IMG/VR virus record: IMGVR_UViG_3300033076_000094
Span: 1-27,943 of that record
Source: a virus
Taxonomy: Duplodnaviria; Caudoviricetes
DNA: 27,943 nt
Strand: one strand, 5' to 3'
This document shows, piece after piece, positions 26,062 to 27,943 of the stretch. The position numbers were made by a program, and so were the translations under genes. The notes beneath the pieces are model-generated. The model worked only from the letters and a program-made list of their open reading frames with translations, was not told the origin of the DNA and ran no database searches. The stretch's first letter is position 1, and each line of letters opens with the position of its first letter.

Positions 26062-26402
26062 TATGGACTCACATTGAGGTTGTCAAGGTTTCCGTTGTTT
26101 TCGGGCGTCTGTGTGTTTTGCTCAGGCGAGATCACATATTGGTTGTTATTGTCGGTGATTAGGCTGTTGTCTTCAACTGCCACAGACACGTCGGGACGTG
26201 GGAAACGAAGGGTGATCCGTTCTGTCTTGCGTGCAGGCAGACGGTACGGGTCGAGCTGATCCGCGCAGCCTTGCTGGCACACCCGCAGGCCTGGGAAATT
26301 CGGATCTGGCATTTGCTCCACGATTGGACGCTTCATCTTGCATCTGTCGCAGACGAAGATCGCCAGTGAAGCGTTGCCAGTGGTGTCGAGAAAACGAGGC
26401 AT
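26061..26402 (-). CDS. hypothetical protein with four Cys (CDRC...CQQGC), possible Zn-binding
   Basis: 113 aa; tightly packed between the adaptor and fibre genes. Confidence 0.7.
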   Translation of the reverse strand: MPRFLDTTGNASLAIFVCDRCKMKRPIVEQMPDPNFPGLRVCQQGCADQLDPYRLPARKTERITLRFPRPDVSVAVEDNSLITDNNNQYVISPEQNTQTPENNGNLDNLNVSP

Positions 26403-26404
26403 GC

Positions 26405-27478
26405 TTACCTCGTGTACACGCTGATGTTGGGAGCGTAGTAGATCGGTGAACGATCACGGTTTTCGCTCTCAGCCAAAGTCATGGCCTTGGTGGCTTGGCC
26501 TTCCAAATACTGGATGCGTGCCATGTCCACCGCAGGCAGGATCATCGACATTTGATGAGCCAAGCTCAACTGAATGGCTTGGTTCATGTACTGAGGGATT
26601 TCGATCTCGCCACTCAAGTCGCCCACGTCCATGACTTGGCGCGAGTACCACACCGTCATTTGATAGAACGCATCTTGTGGCGTTGGCCACAGCGTGATCT
26701 TCGCTTGAGGGATCGTGCGGTTCAGCCAGTATTGGAACGGCTGATTGGCGGTGAAATTCTTGTTGGGCAAGTTGGTGTAGTCGTCGCGGTTCAGGCGCGA
26801 CATGGTGATCTCTGTCGAGTTCACGCCAAAGTACAGCTCACGCAGTGCGAGTGTGGTGCCATCGGTGGCGACCATGCGGTAGTACTGCACGTCCGCGCCT
26901 GGGTCGATGTCCTGCCACACCCATTCCTGATCGGTCACAGCCACGTTGGTGCCCGTGTACAGCGTGTTCCATGTGGTGCCATCCAAAGAGCATTGGAGGG
27001 TGTAGTTCCACACCGCCGAGCCACCGCCAGCGATGTAGGGCATGAAGCCGATGGAGCCGATGTACTGCGCGTTGTTGGTGCCATAGGTGATGGAAATGTT
27101 TCCATTGGGCGCTGTTTGCTGGCAGTAGGTCTGGATGTCGTTGTCGTACACGTTGGCCACCACGCCGCCAGCGGACGATGTGTAGTCGCCAGAGGGTCGA
27201 GTCATCCAACGGTAGAGCGCATTCAGCACGTCGTTGCCACCCACGGGCAGCAAGTATTCGTACTGGTTGGGTGTCAAGCCATAGACCTTCTTTTCGATGG
27301 CCCAATAGTTGATGCCCTGATTCAACAGGTCGCTCAAAATGAAGTACAGGGCCTGCTTAGCGCCCTGCACTTGCTCCACCGACAGCTCTTCAGCCAATTT
27401 GCCCGACATACGGGCACCTTGGTCGATGAACTGTTGAACGGTGACGACTGTTTGGCCTGTTGTTCCGCTGTACGCCAT
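26405..27478 (-). CDS. head-tail adaptor-like protein with inserted discoidin (F5/8-like) domain
   Basis: Adaptor-like N- and C-terminal parts (QPFQYW...ITLWPTP..MTVWY); central segment with LQCSLDGTTW...YYRMVA...LRELYF typical of discoidin/galactose-binding folds. Confidence 0.6.
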   Translation of the reverse strand: MAYSGTTGQTVVTVQQFIDQGARMSGKLAEELSVEQVQGAKQALYFILSDLLNQGINYWAIEKKVYGLTPNQYEYLLPVGGNDVLNALYRWMTRPSGDYTSSAGGVVANVYDNDIQTYCQQTAPNGNISITYGTNNAQYIGSIGFMPYIAGGGSAVWNYTLQCSLDGTTWNTLYTGTNVAVTDQEWVWQDIDPGADVQYYRMVATDGTTLALRELYFGVNSTEITMSRLNRDDYTNLPNKNFTANQPFQYWLNRTIPQAKITLWPTPQDAFYQMTVWYSRQVMDVGDLSGEIEIPQYMNQAIQLSLAHQMSMILPAVDMARIQYLEGQATKAMTLAESENRDRSPIYYAPNISVYTR

Positions 27479-27487
27479 GGCGTTTCC

Positions 27488-27943
27488 TTACCAACCTTTG
27501 AGGTTCTGGAAGGGCATTTTACCGCCCTCTTGCTTGCGCACCTTGCCGCCATCACGCTTGCCCATGGGCTTTTTCGATGCCTCTTTCGAAGCACGCATGC
27601 TGGCCAAAGAACGTTCGATGCTTTCCATCGCGGCACGCTCTTTTTCGGGGTCACGACGTGGCACCACGGGTGCTTTGTACTGGCTGCTGGTTGGTTTGTA
27701 GTTGCGAATCGCATCACGCTCAGCTTGCGTCCAGCCACGTGGGCGTGCAGGCAAGCCAGCCTTTTGACGGGCTGCGTAAAAGTCCTCATCGCTGTCGTAG
27801 TTCATGGGGTTCAAAGAACCGCCCACGGCCTTTTTGACGGGCGCAGCACGCTTGGTGCTGTACGCAATGGCCACGGCTTGCTTCACTGGCTTGCCAGCTT
27901 TGACTTCGGTGGCCACGTTCTTTTTGAACGCCTTGTCAGATTT
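27488..27943 (-). CDS. basic hypothetical virion-associated protein (5' truncated at the window edge)
   Basis: The frame is open to the window end: KSDKAFKKNVATEVKAGKPVKQAVAIAYS...; contains repeated KxxGG motifs. Confidence 0.7.
   Translation of the reverse strand, partial: KSDKAFKKNVATEVKAGKPVKQAVAIAYSTKRAAPVKKAVGGSLNPMNYDSDEDFYAARQKAGLPARPRGWTQAERDAIRNYKPTSSQYKAPVVPRRDPEKERAAMESIERSLASMRASKEASKKPMGKRDGGKVRKQEGGKMPFQNLKGW

Larger units (their letters stand above)
1..27943. mobile_element. bacteriophage genome segment (podovirus-like Caudoviricetes)
   Basis: Adaptor, nozzle and ejection gene order; lysis cassette; tail fibres; dense gene packing. No host housekeeping context or integrase in the window. 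Confidence 0.93.

Noticed and set aside
1-27943. tRNA, rRNA, CRISPR array, integrase/att site
   Set aside because: None seen; intergenic spaces are too short and no regularly spaced repeats were found by eye.

Overview
This window is a segment of a tailed dsDNA bacteriophage (or prophage) with podovirus-like gene order. Its spanins indicate a Gram-negative host. Positions 1-2488 (+ strand) hold the end of an early/replication module: an SSB-like C-terminus, a lipoprotein, a PD-(D/E)XK exonuclease and several small ORFs. Converging on these across an intrinsic terminator, a long late operon on the - strand reads from 27943 to 2573. In order it encodes a head-associated basic protein, an adaptor, several tail-fibre proteins (including two tandem LamG/SPRY paralogs), a lysis cassette (holin-like proteins, Rz/Rz1, GH19 endolysin), a second adaptor, a tail protein, the tail nozzle and four putative ejection proteins, the last with a lytic transglycosylase domain. 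The standout feature is an acyl carrier protein plus a beta-ketoacyl synthase with an intact Cys-His-His triad, followed by a possible GNAT-like ORF. These genes are tightly packed between the nozzle and ejection-protein genes, suggesting a phage-encoded acyl-chain system tied to virion assembly (hypothesis: lipidation of ejection proteins). All calls come from motif recognition by eye; no database searches were run.
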